Sequence record: PZ154896.1
DNA length: 64,000 bases
From: a phage
Direction: 5' to 3' (one strand)
The translations under genes were made by a program, and so were the position numbers. This document shows positions 35,724 through 44,794 of this stretch, piece by piece; the first letter of the stretch is position 1, and every line of letters starts with the position of its first letter. The notes under the pieces are model-generated. The model did no database searches and was not told the DNA's origin. It saw only the letters and a program-made list of their open reading frames with translations.

Positions 35724-36053
35724 TTATACTCTAGGCTTTTGAGCTTGTTTGGTATTGGATTCCCATGCGGCTTTGGTAATTTTGTTAGCGGCATAACCAA
35801 AGGCATTAGATAGAACACCTTTAGAGTTGAATACATCCAATCCAATAAGTACACCTGCTGTGTTAAATTTAGGAGCAAAGTACGCATTAGTTTTAGAAAG
35901 AGCTTTTTTCAATTCAGGGTCTTGAACCAAGCCATCAAAAACGCCTTTACCATTTACTTTATATGTTACTTTGGGATTTTTAGCTTCTTCGATAGCAGCT
36001 TTCTGTTCCGCAGATAGTGTAACTTCAGTAATAAATTCTTGATAGGTTTTCAT
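35724..36053 (-). CDS. internal (capsid-targeted) protein
   Basis: Start set at MKTYQEFITE (ATG 36051-36053), the capsid-targeting sequence shared by T4 internal proteins. Confidence 0.7.
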   Translation of the reverse strand: MKTYQEFITEVTLSAEQKAAIEEAKNPKVTYKVNGKGVFDGLVQDPELKKALSKTNAYFAPKFNTAGVLIGLDVFNSKGVLSNAFGYAANKITKAAWESNTKQAQKPRV

Positions 36054-36166
36054 TTTGTTCTCTCTAGGTTTAGACCATTCCATGGCCCATGAATTGTCCA
36101 TTTTCCGTATTTACCACTCCAAGTAATTATGAATATACTATCACAATTCTAGGAGAAAGTAAACTG

Positions 36167-36469
36167 TTATTTACCTTTAATTACTTTAGCTGCTTCGATA
36201 GCCGCTTGCTGAAGGTCGTCCATAGACATACCGAATTTAGAAGCAAAGTTATCAATTTTCTTTTCGACCGCATTCAAAGGCTTGGCCTGTTTACCTTCAT
36301 TAGCGCCTGGAAGAGCGAGAATACGCTCTTTGTCAATATAAAGGCTTACAAGTTTCTTACGGTCTTTATCGGACAAATCATGAAATGAATGGGCCTTTTT
36401 ATTTATAGCGGCTTCTAATTTACCTGCGCTCACTCGCGCTTCAGTAATAAATTCTTGATATGTTTTCAT
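36167..36469 (-). CDS. ipII: internal protein II-like
   Basis: 100 aa, N-terminal MKTYQEFITEA capsid-targeting sequence; size matches T4 IPII. Confidence 0.75.
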   Translation of the reverse strand: MKTYQEFITEARVSAGKLEAAINKKAHSFHDLSDKDRKKLVSLYIDKERILALPGANEGKQAKPLNAVEKKIDNFASKFGMSMDDLQQAAIEAAKVIKGK

Positions 36470-36510
36470 ATGTTTCCTTTAAATGTAAATAGGCCTAAAT
36501 ATAGGCCTTA

Positions 36511-37089
36511 TTAATTACCACGGGCTGCATTAGCAACGGCATAAGCGTACTGAACATTAGCGTCTTTAAACGTACCTTTAGAGGTATCTATTTCTGCCTT
36601 AAAGCCGCCTTTAGCCATAACATCGGCAAATTCTTTACGGAAAGCCATTGCATCAAGACCTTTCCATGATGATTTGTGCTTGGCGAATTCAAGACCAGCG
36701 TAGTTGACAGCCTTAGCTAATTTATTATCAATAACCCATTTACCGGCTTTAGGCACAAACTTCGGTCCTTTTTGTTTAGAGAACAGTTTTAAATTCCAGC
36801 GACGAAGATCACTGTCGGCTTTAACAAAAGCTGCATCTAAGTTACTAGCAACAACATCTTCAATATGAGCAAATTTAAGTCCGTCAACTTCAATATTTAG
36901 ATCGTTACGCCAGCGAAGTCCTTCCCAAGCGAAGGCTTTAAAATCAGAAGCTTTTGTGGCTAGATATCGTTCAAGTGGAGCAGTTTTAGGGTCAAAGCCG
37001 TTTCCGCCACGATAAGTCCACTCGTCCTTATTAATGCCTTGAGCTTTTCCTGCAAAGGCCTCGGCGATAAATTCTTTATATGTTTTCAT
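36511..37089 (-). CDS. ipIII: internal protein III-like
   Basis: 192 aa, N-terminal MKTYKEFIAEA; size matches T4 IPIII. Confidence 0.75.
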   Translation of the reverse strand: MKTYKEFIAEAFAGKAQGINKDEWTYRGGNGFDPKTAPLERYLATKASDFKAFAWEGLRWRNDLNIEVDGLKFAHIEDVVASNLDAAFVKADSDLRRWNLKLFSKQKGPKFVPKAGKWVIDNKLAKAVNYAGLEFAKHKSSWKGLDAMAFRKEFADVMAKGGFKAEIDTSKGTFKDANVQYAYAVANAARGN

Positions 37090-37110
37090 TTTTGTTTCCT
37101 TGTTTGTTTT

Positions 37111-37150
37111 GATAGAGTAATTATACCATATTAATACTTAAGCGTAAACT
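37111..37150 (-). promoter_or_regulatory. early promoter cassette (family A variant)
   Basis: GTTTAC -35 and TATAAT -10 in a degenerate GATAG palindrome. Confidence 0.45.
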
Positions 37151-37152
37151 GT

Positions 37153-37413
37153 TTAAGCTTTACCGCCGGAAATAATTCCGAAGTTGTTAAAATCGTATCC
37201 AATATCGTCAACATCTACTTTAGGGCTTGCTACAACATAAGCAATTTCACTACGTTTTGCATAGGTGTTGATTTCTTTACCATCGCCACCTAAGAAAAAA
37301 TACCCATTACGTTTTAATGAGCCAAAGTCTTCCGCATCACCAATGAAAGCTTTAACTTTAAATTTAGGACCTTTGGCATCTGCTTCAGCGATAAATTCTT
37401 GATACATTTTCAT
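37153..37413 (-). CDS. internal protein (capsid-targeting-sequence-containing)
   Basis: 86 aa, N-terminal MKMYQEFIAEA. Confidence 0.65.
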   Translation of the reverse strand: MKMYQEFIAEADAKGPKFKVKAFIGDAEDFGSLKRNGYFFLGGDGKEINTYAKRSEIAYVVASPKVDVDDIGYDFNNFGIISGGKA

Positions 37414-37419
37414 TTTTCC

Positions 37420-37833
37420 TTAGTAAATTGATTTACCATAGTATTTGTACCAAGTAGGGCGCTGAGCAATTTTTTCATCTAAGCGTGCTTGACTTATCGC
37501 AATGGACGCTTCGGACGGGACATAATTATTACGAAATTCGGCAGGGATGTCGGAAATATCTTGGACAGTTGTGTCCTTGATTTTGAAACCACGTTTCAAG
37601 CATTCAGCGATTAACTCGATTTGACGTAAACGTAAAAATTCGAGTTTGTCGTAAAAGAATGTTACATGACCTGTGCCTAAGATAAATGTTGGAGAGATTT
37701 TAAAATCCTTTACACGTTTACCGTTTTGAACATGTTTACGGACTGCACCAAATACGCGTGGTAATTCACGATACTCTGCCATAAGATGTTGGTCGGTCAG
37801 TTCAGAAACAAGTGTTAAATTGATACGAGTCAT
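37420..37833 (-). CDS. denV: endonuclease V (pyrimidine-dimer DNA glycosylase) DenV
   Basis: About 90% identical to T4 endo V from memory; start set to MTRINLTLV (ATG 37831-37833). Confidence 0.92.
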   Translation of the reverse strand: MTRINLTLVSELTDQHLMAEYRELPRVFGAVRKHVQNGKRVKDFKISPTFILGTGHVTFFYDKLEFLRLRQIELIAECLKRGFKIKDTTVQDISDIPAEFRNNYVPSEASIAISQARLDEKIAQRPTWYKYYGKSIY

Positions 37834-37849
37834 AATTTCCTCCAAGTAG

Positions 37850-37890
37850 TTGATGAATGTATAGTATCAAAGTCCTTGGAGGAAGTAAAC
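37850..37890 (-). promoter_or_regulatory. early promoter cassette (GTTTAC-17-TATACA-like)
   Basis: Minus-sense GTTTACttcctccaaggactttgaTACTATACAT. Confidence 0.4.
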
Positions 37891-37891
37891 A

Positions 37892-38173
37892 CTATTTTTC
37901 TGAAGCGCCTGAAATATATTTTTCAAGACGTTGTTTCATCAGCGAGCCGTTCTTAGCGATTTCTTCCGGTTTATCGCACATACGTAACAAGGCTTCAAGC
38001 TTAACGATATCACTGGTGCGCTCAAATTTGCGAGTATCTATCTTACTAGCAAGTTCAGAAATACGTGCTAATAGACTTTCAGCTTCAACCAAAGCTGCAC
38101 CTAGCTTAGTTGCAAATGTGTCAGTAGCTTCGTTAAGAATAGATTCTGATAAAAATTCACTATATGTTTTCAT
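37892..38173 (-). CDS. internal protein (capsid-targeting-sequence-containing)
   Basis: Start set at [10 protein letters not shown] (ATG 38171-38173), ATGA-coupled to lysozyme gene. Confidence 0.6.
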   Translation of the reverse strand: MKTYSEFLSESILNEATDTFATKLGAALVEAESLLARISELASKIDTRKFERTSDIVKLEALLRMCDKPEEIAKNGSLMKQRLEKYISGASEK

Positions 38174-38658
38174 ATATACGCTTTCCAAGTTCCTGTTTTA
38201 AATGTTGAGATTACGCGTTTCGCGCGATTAGGTGTCTGACGATACCATTTAGATTGGGCTAGATTTACTGCCGCTTCGTCCCAACGTTTCTGTTGAAGCA
38301 TACGAAGAGAATTAGTAAAACCAGCGACGCCTGCTACACCCATTTGGAAGACCATATTGACCAATGCACATCGACGAACTGCATCTAAAGAATCATATAC
38401 CGGTTTAAGTTTAGCATTACCCAAGATTCCGCGTACGGCTTTATCAACGTCTTCATTAAATAACTTTTCGGCCTCATCAAGGGTAATTGTACCGTTGCAT
38501 TTACGTCCGATCATTCTGTCAAGTTCAGCTTTAGCTACGGCTAAAGACGGGTTCTTTGTTACTAAATGGCCTATGCCAATCGTCCAAAAGCCTTCAGTGT
38601 CTTTGTATAAAGTCAGTCTAAGACCTTCGTCATTACGAAGCATTTCAAATATATTCAT
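38170..38658 (-). CDS. e: lysozyme (endolysin) e
   Basis: About 85% identical to T4 lysozyme from memory ([27 protein letters not shown]); start set at ATG 38656-38658. Confidence 0.95.
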   Translation of the reverse strand: MNIFEMLRNDEGLRLTLYKDTEGFWTIGIGHLVTKNPSLAVAKAELDRMIGRKCNGTITLDEAEKLFNEDVDKAVRGILGNAKLKPVYDSLDAVRRCALVNMVFQMGVAGVAGFTNSLRMLQQKRWDEAAVNLAQSKWYRQTPNRAKRVISTFKTGTWKAYI

Positions 38659-38692
38659 AATACCTCCCACATTTATAGGAGGTATTTATTAC

Positions 38693-39166
38693 TTATAGAA
38701 GGGTAGTGAGCACCTTATATAATGATTTGCCCATTACATATTCCCATTGAGAAGGTTTAATTAAAGCGAATGCATCAAATTCAGGAATCTGTCGTCCGTC
38801 TGGGAACGTATGATAGGAATTACAAACACTGTTTCTGAATTGCTCGTGCTCTACAGGGATGGTATATAGGAACAGATGAATATTCTTATTGTCTGAGTAA
38901 TGATGTTCACCTAGGTCTTTCAGGAAGGCAGGGTCATATTGTGTAAACCCAGTTTCTTCTTCGCATTCACGAATAGCTGCTTCAATAGGAGATTCACCGG
39001 GCTCGACACGACCTTTAGGAATATCCCACCGATGAGCTAAAGAACCTTTAGGACGAGAACCAGTTACACGGCCCATGAATAACTCTTTATCTTTTGTCAT
39101 GAAGATAATACCAGCTGATAGCTCTTTCACTTTATTTTTCTTACTCATCATCTCAAATTCCTGCAT
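38693..39166 (-). CDS. nudE: Nudix hydrolase NudE
   Basis: 157 aa; Nudix box GRVEPGESPIEAAIRECEEETG; position matches T4 nudE (e.1). Confidence 0.85.
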   Translation of the reverse strand: MQEFEMMSKKNKVKELSAGIIFMTKDKELFMGRVTGSRPKGSLAHRWDIPKGRVEPGESPIEAAIRECEEETGFTQYDPAFLKDLGEHHYSDNKNIHLFLYTIPVEHEQFRNSVCNSYHTFPDGRQIPEFDAFALIKPSQWEYVMGKSLYKVLTTLL

Positions 39167-39639
39167 TCGGTAATAAAACGTTCAACTTCATTATTCTTGG
39201 CTTTTATCTTGTCTTTATGTTCTTGTAAACTACTTTTAATAAGATTAATAATGATGGCGGCGGTACCGCCGCCAATGATGCCACCAACAACACTTATGAT
39301 ACTAGATGCTAATAAGATAGCAATAATATCAACAAAACCGAAAGAACTCACCTTAGTACTGAAAAACCATATAGACGGTACAAATATAATCCATCCTGTT
39401 ATCCATTGGCACTTATTGAAAAACCTTTCAAGCTCAGCTTGAGTTGTTCGTATTACTTCATCGATAGGTTGATATCCATTAATGTATCTGTTCACGATAA
39501 TACCTGCTGGCTGGTCGATTTTAAATTCTTGGCAAATATTTTTCACTAAGTAGGATGGACATCCTGTCCAATCTACTGAATAGTATGAAATACCTTCATT
39601 GCCATCGTCTATATTAGACCAATATGTTTTGTTAATCAT
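39148..39639 (-). CDS. membrane protein, FIxECR C-terminal family
   Basis: 163 aa; transmembrane helices; ends ...VERFITECRNLR. Confidence 0.55.
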   Translation of the reverse strand: MINKTYWSNIDDGNEGISYYSVDWTGCPSYLVKNICQEFKIDQPAGIIVNRYINGYQPIDEVIRTTQAELERFFNKCQWITGWIIFVPSIWFFSTKVSSFGFVDIIAILLASSIISVVGGIIGGGTAAIIINLIKSSLQEHKDKIKAKNNEVERFITECRNLR

Positions 39640-40325
39640 TACCAGCCTTCCATAGGAAATTCCAGATAAACTTGAGCATTGACACGAATTTCATTGGTAA
39701 TCTTTTTAACTCGGTCTGTATTACGAGATACACGTCCGAACCAACGCCATCCATTACTAATTGCACGAGAACCAGTGTGCCATGTTTGCCAATCAAACTG
39801 AAGAAGAGTACGATCTGGAGCTTCCCATTTCTCTAGTTCACCTTTTTCAATTTTTTCGAGGACTTCTTTGTGCCACTGGCGATAGATAAGTTCGCCATCA
39901 GGAATCTGACTGAACTCTGCAGTTCCTGTTGCAAAATGAGTAGGACACACATCAGCGTTAACAAGACCAAGAATATGTTCAGAATAGTAACGAGGGTTGT
40001 CATAATCAGGTTGTCCTGCAGTAATAAAGTGTTGACCAACTGGAATATCAGGGCGTGGTACGTCATCATGGTGATATCCAGGAATAGCAGGATACCAACC
40101 AGGCATCAGCATGTGAACTCGTGAATCAAATACTACATCCGAGTCTTTCCAATCGTCAGGAAGATTTTGGATAAAGCTACGAGTAATTGGGCCGCCATTA
40201 TCAAAAGCAAAATTCAAATCGCAGTTAAAAAACATAGGCTCGTTTTTAATCTGGTCGTTTTTAATCGCATGAGCAAAACCACCTACTGCACGAGCTTGAC
40301 TATTAAACACTTTAGAACTATTCAT
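39639..40325 (-). CDS. hypothetical protein
   Basis: 228-aa ORF, His/Asp-rich (GYHHDDVP). Confidence 0.5.
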   Translation of the reverse strand: MNSSKVFNSQARAVGGFAHAIKNDQIKNEPMFFNCDLNFAFDNGGPITRSFIQNLPDDWKDSDVVFDSRVHMLMPGWYPAIPGYHHDDVPRPDIPVGQHFITAGQPDYDNPRYYSEHILGLVNADVCPTHFATGTAEFSQIPDGELIYRQWHKEVLEKIEKGELEKWEAPDRTLLQFDWQTWHTGSRAISNGWRWFGRVSRNTDRVKKITNEIRVNAQVYLEFPMEGW

Positions 40326-40326
40326 A

Positions 40327-40632
40327 TTATTTTCCTCGACATTCTTTAATGAAATTTTCTAGATTGGTAGATTCAATAGCTTTTTTACGAGCTTCCGCGT
40401 GTTCTTCTTCAGACAATTTACATTTATAATTGACCCAGACATTATGGTCAAAACTAGTCGTGGCATATAATAACAATGCTCCAACGAATAGCAAAAACGG
40501 TGATAAGAATACAAAACCAGGAACACCATCCATATCGTAAGCCTTTTGTAATACTGCAACAGAAAGGGCTGCGTAAAAAGGTGATGCAAATATTGTTAAA
40601 AGACCAATTCGGTTGGTTTCGCCTAATTTCAT
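40327..40632 (-). CDS. membrane protein, FIxECR C-terminal family
   Basis: 101 aa; two transmembrane helices; ends ...NLENFIKECRGK. Confidence 0.55.
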   Translation of the reverse strand: MKLGETNRIGLLTIFASPFYAALSVAVLQKAYDMDGVPGFVFLSPFLLFVGALLLYATTSFDHNVWVNYKCKLSEEEHAEARKKAIESTNLENFIKECRGK

Positions 40633-40651
40633 ACTATTCTCCTCATGTTTT

Positions 40652-40691
40652 AATAGGACTACTATAACATAGTCCCTATAATTATGTAAAC
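40652..40691 (-). promoter_or_regulatory. early promoter cassette (family A)
   Basis: AATAGGACTAcTATAACATAGTCCCTAT palindrome centred on -10 TATAGT; GTTTACA -35. Confidence 0.5.
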
Positions 40692-40703
40692 AGTTTTGCG
40701 AAA

Positions 40704-41660
40704 TTATTTGAAAGGTTTTACCATATGGAAATTTTGTTTGAAACGTTTGACGTAATCATCATGTCCTAAGCTTTGGTACATACTTACTACTTTGCTGTAG
40801 TTTTCCCAGGCATACTCACGGAACCAACCAGAGGTGATGCTTGTACAGACTTTTTCTAATGCCATCATAAAACTGGCTTCAGGGTTAATTTTAAAGTCAT
40901 TAGGAATCTGAGAACGTTCTAATGCTAGTACACATGATTCTTCGTATACACCGGCCAATTTGACCATTTCTGGTAATGATTCGAACTTCTCACGTGAGGT
41001 CATGACTTCAGAACCGTCTTTCATATAAAATGTATACGCTGGACGGTCTGTTAGTGCAATGGCTTCATGAATAGTATCATGGTCATATGTATAGATATCA
41101 TCTTTAAAGAACGCACTTTTAGAAGTGTCAAGAACCGGGTGAGCATAGTTCAAGGTTTCTTTCTGGCGTTTCAGCATAATTTCAGTAAGTTCATCGTTCA
41201 GTGTAACACCTTTACCACGAAGATACTGAATATGGTTCATAGTCTTTAAAAAGAACGGATTATTTTTCTTGAAACGATGAGACATCTTAATTGCAAGACA
41301 TATCTCAGGAGTTGCCCAGTAAAACCCATTCAAACGGTCTTTAGACAAATGTTTCTTGGCGTATTTTAAAAGGTCATAAGAAGACGTGAAATCTTCAGGA
41401 GTGAGTTCACCGACTAATTCACGGACATTAGTGATTGCCGGAACAATATACGCTTCAAAATGAGTTTCGCGTCCATTATGGAAGCATTTGAAAACTTGGA
41501 CATCAGGGTTATCTTGATGAACATATACACCCATCATTTGATTTTTGAATGTATTCCAAGAACCTTGGTCTGCAATAAAGTCCCAGTCACTATTTTTGAT
41601 AGCGTTAGAATCAATAAGACCATGATAGTGAAGTGCACGAGAACCAATAACTAACATCAT
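40704..41660 (-). CDS. hypothetical protein
   Basis: 318-aa ORF, no motif I can assign. Confidence 0.55.
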   Translation of the reverse strand: MMLVIGSRALHYHGLIDSNAIKNSDWDFIADQGSWNTFKNQMMGVYVHQDNPDVQVFKCFHNGRETHFEAYIVPAITNVRELVGELTPEDFTSSYDLLKYAKKHLSKDRLNGFYWATPEICLAIKMSHRFKKNNPFFLKTMNHIQYLRGKGVTLNDELTEIMLKRQKETLNYAHPVLDTSKSAFFKDDIYTYDHDTIHEAIALTDRPAYTFYMKDGSEVMTSREKFESLPEMVKLAGVYEESCVLALERSQIPNDFKINPEASFMMALEKVCTSITSGWFREYAWENYSKVVSMYQSLGHDDYVKRFKQNFHMVKPFK

Positions 41661-41688
41661 AATATTTTCCTCGGATTAATTCATTAAC

Positions 41689-41928
41689 TTAAATTTCACG
41701 ACATGCGATATCATATTCATCCCAGAGGTCATCGTGTGAAGCCTCTACCAATGGAACGATTGTACCATTTATGTCTTCATTATAAGGGCAAATTGTACAG
41801 TGCGCATCTTCGAATCGAATGCCTTTGTGTTCAGATTTTTTATAACGCATATCGAATATCTTTGCAAACTTTTCACGAGTAATGGTTTTAGCAACCACTT
41901 CGGTTCCAACACTTTCGTAATAAATCAT
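41689..41928 (-). CDS. hypothetical protein
   Basis: 79-aa ORF with Cys/His pairs (HCTICPYNED). Confidence 0.5.
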   Translation of the reverse strand: MIYYESVGTEVVAKTITREKFAKIFDMRYKKSEHKGIRFEDAHCTICPYNEDINGTIVPLVEASHDDLWDEYDIACREI

Positions 41929-41947
41929 TGTGGACTCCGTTTAATTT

Positions 41948-41987
41948 GATAGGACTACTATAACATAGCCCTATCTTGTTGTAAACT
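41948..41987 (-). promoter_or_regulatory. early promoter cassette (family A)
   Basis: GATAGGACTAcTATAACATAGcCCTATC palindrome plus GTTTAC. Confidence 0.5.
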
Positions 41988-41990
41988 GTT

Positions 41991-42188
41991 TTAGCAAGAA
42001 TAACTAGATGATACCCAGCCTTGAACAGTAATACTATTATTTGATACCGAGATCGCGTTCTGGAGATTCAGACCTGCGTTATCTTCAATCCATAATGTAA
42101 CTTCTTCGCGTTCTTCTGTTGCAATTTGGAACAGGTTTTCCAGGGCAGCTACTGCCGTACGTACAGCACAATCTAATTCACGAGACAT
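41991..42188 (-). CDS. small protein, C-terminal W-x-SS-x-x-C family
   Basis: 65 aa; ends ...QGWVSSSYSC. Confidence 0.5.
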   Translation of the reverse strand: MSRELDCAVRTAVAALENLFQIATEEREEVTLWIEDNAGLNLQNAISVSNNSITVQGWVSSSYSC

Positions 42189-42197
42189 ATGATTTCC

Positions 42198-42470
42198 TTA
42201 GCAAGTGTGAGAAGATGCAATCCAACCACCAGTTTCGAGGCTCAGATTGTAGTCGTATTGGTAAACGTCAGCCCATTCAGCATAGCCGTTTTTTGTACAA
42301 CGTTCAAGATCGGCTTTAAGATGTCCGGGTGAATGATAGGTTCCACCCATACCATAAGCTGGACACAAGTCGAATGTTGTGTTTTGTTTATCAGCAATTT
42401 CTTTGGCAGCCTCAATAGCTGCATAGATTTTTGCTACAGCTTCAGCCAGTTCGGTTTGTTCTTTAGACAT
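42198..42470 (-). CDS. small protein, C-terminal W-x-SS-x-x-C family
   Basis: 90 aa; ends ...GGWIASSHTC. Confidence 0.5.
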   Translation of the reverse strand: MSKEQTELAEAVAKIYAAIEAAKEIADKQNTTFDLCPAYGMGGTYHSPGHLKADLERCTKNGYAEWADVYQYDYNLSLETGGWIASSHTC

Positions 42471-42479
42471 AGTGATTCC

Positions 42480-42785
42480 TTAGCACAACGCAGAAGACGA
42501 AACCCAAGCACCTTCAGTAATAACGTAACCATTACCTTCACGCTTAACATCGCCACCATTATTTTCAATTTCATTTTTCATCCACTGGGATACGATTTCA
42601 CCCTTAGGATAATAAGTACGACCGCTACCATAATCACCTACAGAAAATGATACGGCGTATTGGTCTGCGATCTTTGTTGCTTCTTCTTCGATACGTTCAG
42701 CTTGATTCAGAAGTTTATAAATTGCATCTGAAGCGGATTTGGCATCATTAAACTCTGGTACTTTAATTTCAATAATCTTACTCAT
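42480..42785 (-). CDS. small protein, C-terminal W-x-SS-x-x-C family
   Basis: 101 aa; ends ...GAWVSSSALC. Confidence 0.5.
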   Translation of the reverse strand: MSKIIEIKVPEFNDAKSASDAIYKLLNQAERIEEEATKIADQYAVSFSVGDYGSGRTYYPKGEIVSQWMKNEIENNGGDVKREGNGYVITEGAWVSSSALC

Positions 42786-43141
42786 TTTCTACATTCCTTA
42801 ATAAAGTTTTCTATTGTTTCATTTTCACGTCTAGCTAGGAGTTCATTATAACTAATCATTTGAGAAGCGTAAACCTTTTTATTTTTCTTGTTATGGTTTA
42901 TAAAATCGTAGTAAAAATAGACTACAGTACAAAATGATGCGATGGATGCAAAGGCTTGGGTATACCGTAAGTCCTGCCATTGGTCTGTGAATCCACCAGT
43001 GTTCCCTATAAATCCTAACACAACGCCGTCAATAAGAAATCCAACTAATCCAAAGGCAAATCCCATGCCAATACTCATAATAAAAATTAGAATGTTCTCA
43101 CCAAGAGAAGGCCATACGGTTAAGAGTTGAGGCTTTTGCAT
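42782..43141 (-). CDS. membrane protein, FIxECR C-terminal family
   Basis: 119 aa; transmembrane helices; ends ...IENFIKECRK. Confidence 0.55.
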   Translation of the reverse strand: MQKPQLLTVWPSLGENILIFIMSIGMGFAFGLVGFLIDGVVLGFIGNTGGFTDQWQDLRYTQAFASIASFCTVVYFYYDFINHNKKNKKVYASQMISYNELLARRENETIENFIKECRK

Positions 43142-43545
43142 CTTATTTCCTTAACGAATTCCATAGCTTCTTCATATTCATACTTTTTAACAGCTTCATC
43201 ATACTGAGCTTGGGCTTTTGCGCACTGAACTTTCCATTCTCTTAATCGGGCTCTGTGATGACGTCCTTGGTACCAATATCCCACCCAGTTAATAGGCATT
43301 AATAAAAATGGTACAATAAACGACCCGGCTATAATAAGTAAAAACACTGCATCAGACGATATAACTTCACTAGAATCTAAAACAGCTCCTATAATCATAA
43401 AGATTAAAAATGCTAAAGCTAAAATAGGGCCAAATAGTACTTCATTTGGGATTAATTTACGCTTGTATTCGTATGCCCAGGGCTTAATTGGCATGTACAG
43501 GGTTGGCTTTGACATATTCTCTACATTCCATAATAAATTGCTCAA
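43120..43545 (-). CDS. membrane protein, FIxECR-like C-terminus
   Basis: 141 aa; two transmembrane helices; ends ...MEFVKEIRCKSLNS. Confidence 0.5.
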   Translation of the reverse strand: MSNLLWNVENMSKPTLYMPIKPWAYEYKRKLIPNEVLFGPILALAFLIFMIIGAVLDSSEVISSDAVFLLIIAGSFIVPFLLMPINWVGYWYQGRHHRARLREWKVQCAKAQAQYDEAVKKYEYEEAMEFVKEIRCKSLNS

Positions 43546-44101
43546 GGATTAAATTGTTAGTGAAATTAGGACTAACAACCATGGTTTCATAAAGCGCATC
43601 AATAGCACTTAAAGCATCAACTCTTTTAAGCAAAGGCTTGCCTTCATACATAGTTTCAGAATCGACGATTAACGTAAAGTAATATTTTTTATTATCGACT
43701 AGAACTTCAGTATCGATATAAAACATGTTAGACCTTAAGAGCTTATCTCTAAAACCATAATAATCTTCAGAGCGTTCGCTGATATATTCCCATTCAGTGT
43801 TTAAACAACAAACAGACCATGTAGGAGCAACGAAATCAGTGAATCTAATATCATGGTCTGCAACTAGTTTAGCAATAGCTCCGATATCATGAATCATAAT
43901 ACCTGGGGCTAATAAAGATTTTCGGTTATTTGCATATTCAGTTGTCTCATAAGAAGACGACCAGTACCATTTACGTCCAGTTGCAACATATCGTAATGAA
44001 TCAACTAAAGACGTAGGTGGATTTACCTTATTTCGGAACTCTTCGAACATTGAGTCAATATCATTATTTTGGTTTCGCATGTTAACTCCTTTATTATCCA
44101 A
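43484..44101 (-). CDS. hypothetical protein with FIxECR-like C-terminal motif
   Basis: 205 aa; ...LILEQFIMECREYVKANPVHAN; overlaps previous gene by 62 nt. Confidence 0.5.
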   Translation of the reverse strand: MDNKGVNMRNQNNDIDSMFEEFRNKVNPPTSLVDSLRYVATGRKWYWSSSYETTEYANNRKSLLAPGIMIHDIGAIAKLVADHDIRFTDFVAPTWSVCCLNTEWEYISERSEDYYGFRDKLLRSNMFYIDTEVLVDNKKYYFTLIVDSETMYEGKPLLKRVDALSAIDALYETMVVSPNFTNNLILEQFIMECREYVKANPVHAN

Positions 44102-44129
44102 AAGGAGGACCTGAGTCCTCCGTATTATT

Positions 44130-44723
44130 TTATTTCAAAGAGTTAATATATTCTTGTACATCGGCAGAAGTGGTTTCGACACCAGCTGGAGTGCCATTGA
44201 ACGTTTCAACACGAGTCAGAGTGTCTTCGATATCAACCTTAGTCAGTGCAGCGATTTCAATTACATCATCAGCCGTAGAGATACCAAGGGCATTAGCTGC
44301 TCGAGTTTCACGAATGTATTCGAGTTTGATTGCCAGATTCTGACGAGCATCGTCAAGTTCAACCACCTTACGAGCAATTTCAATTCGCATAGCGGCATAC
44401 CCGTCAGCTTTTGTATTAAGTTGTTCGGCAGTTCGACGATACAGAAGACCAAGCTTGGCATGCATGGTAACATCTTGACCTTCAGCCAGGAGCTTACGAA
44501 TTTCACGTTCCTTAGAAGCGGCTTGCTTATTCTTTTCATTAACAAGTTCGCGAATACGTTTTTCTTCATTAATAGATTTAACAGAAGCCGTTTTTAGTTC
44601 TTTGATTTGGGTAATCAACTTATCTGCAGCTGCGTTATACTGTTCTTCGACAGTCAGATTTTTAGCCATAGCAGTACCCAGTTTAGTGCGGATGAATTCA
44701 ACAAGTTTCTTCAGTGTGTTCAT
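44130..44723 (-). CDS. coiled-coil protein (tentatively PspA/IM30-like)
   Basis: Start at ATG 44721-44723 (ORF-track start is TTG); long heptad-rich helices; PspA resemblance is impression only. Confidence 0.5.
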   Translation of the reverse strand: MNTLKKLVEFIRTKLGTAMAKNLTVEEQYNAAADKLITQIKELKTASVKSINEEKRIRELVNEKNKQAASKEREIRKLLAEGQDVTMHAKLGLLYRRTAEQLNTKADGYAAMRIEIARKVVELDDARQNLAIKLEYIRETRAANALGISTADDVIEIAALTKVDIEDTLTRVETFNGTPAGVETTSADVQEYINSLK

Positions 44724-44758
44724 ATTATTACCTTTCAATTGGTGGTTTATTATCCAAC

Positions 44759-44794
44759 GAGAGCATTATACTCTGCTCTCAAGAGTTTGTACAT
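44759..44794 (-). promoter_or_regulatory. early-promoter cassette (duplicate of 14125-14160)
   Basis: GAGAGCA-ttatact-cTGCTCTC palindrome around TATAAT. Confidence 0.4.
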
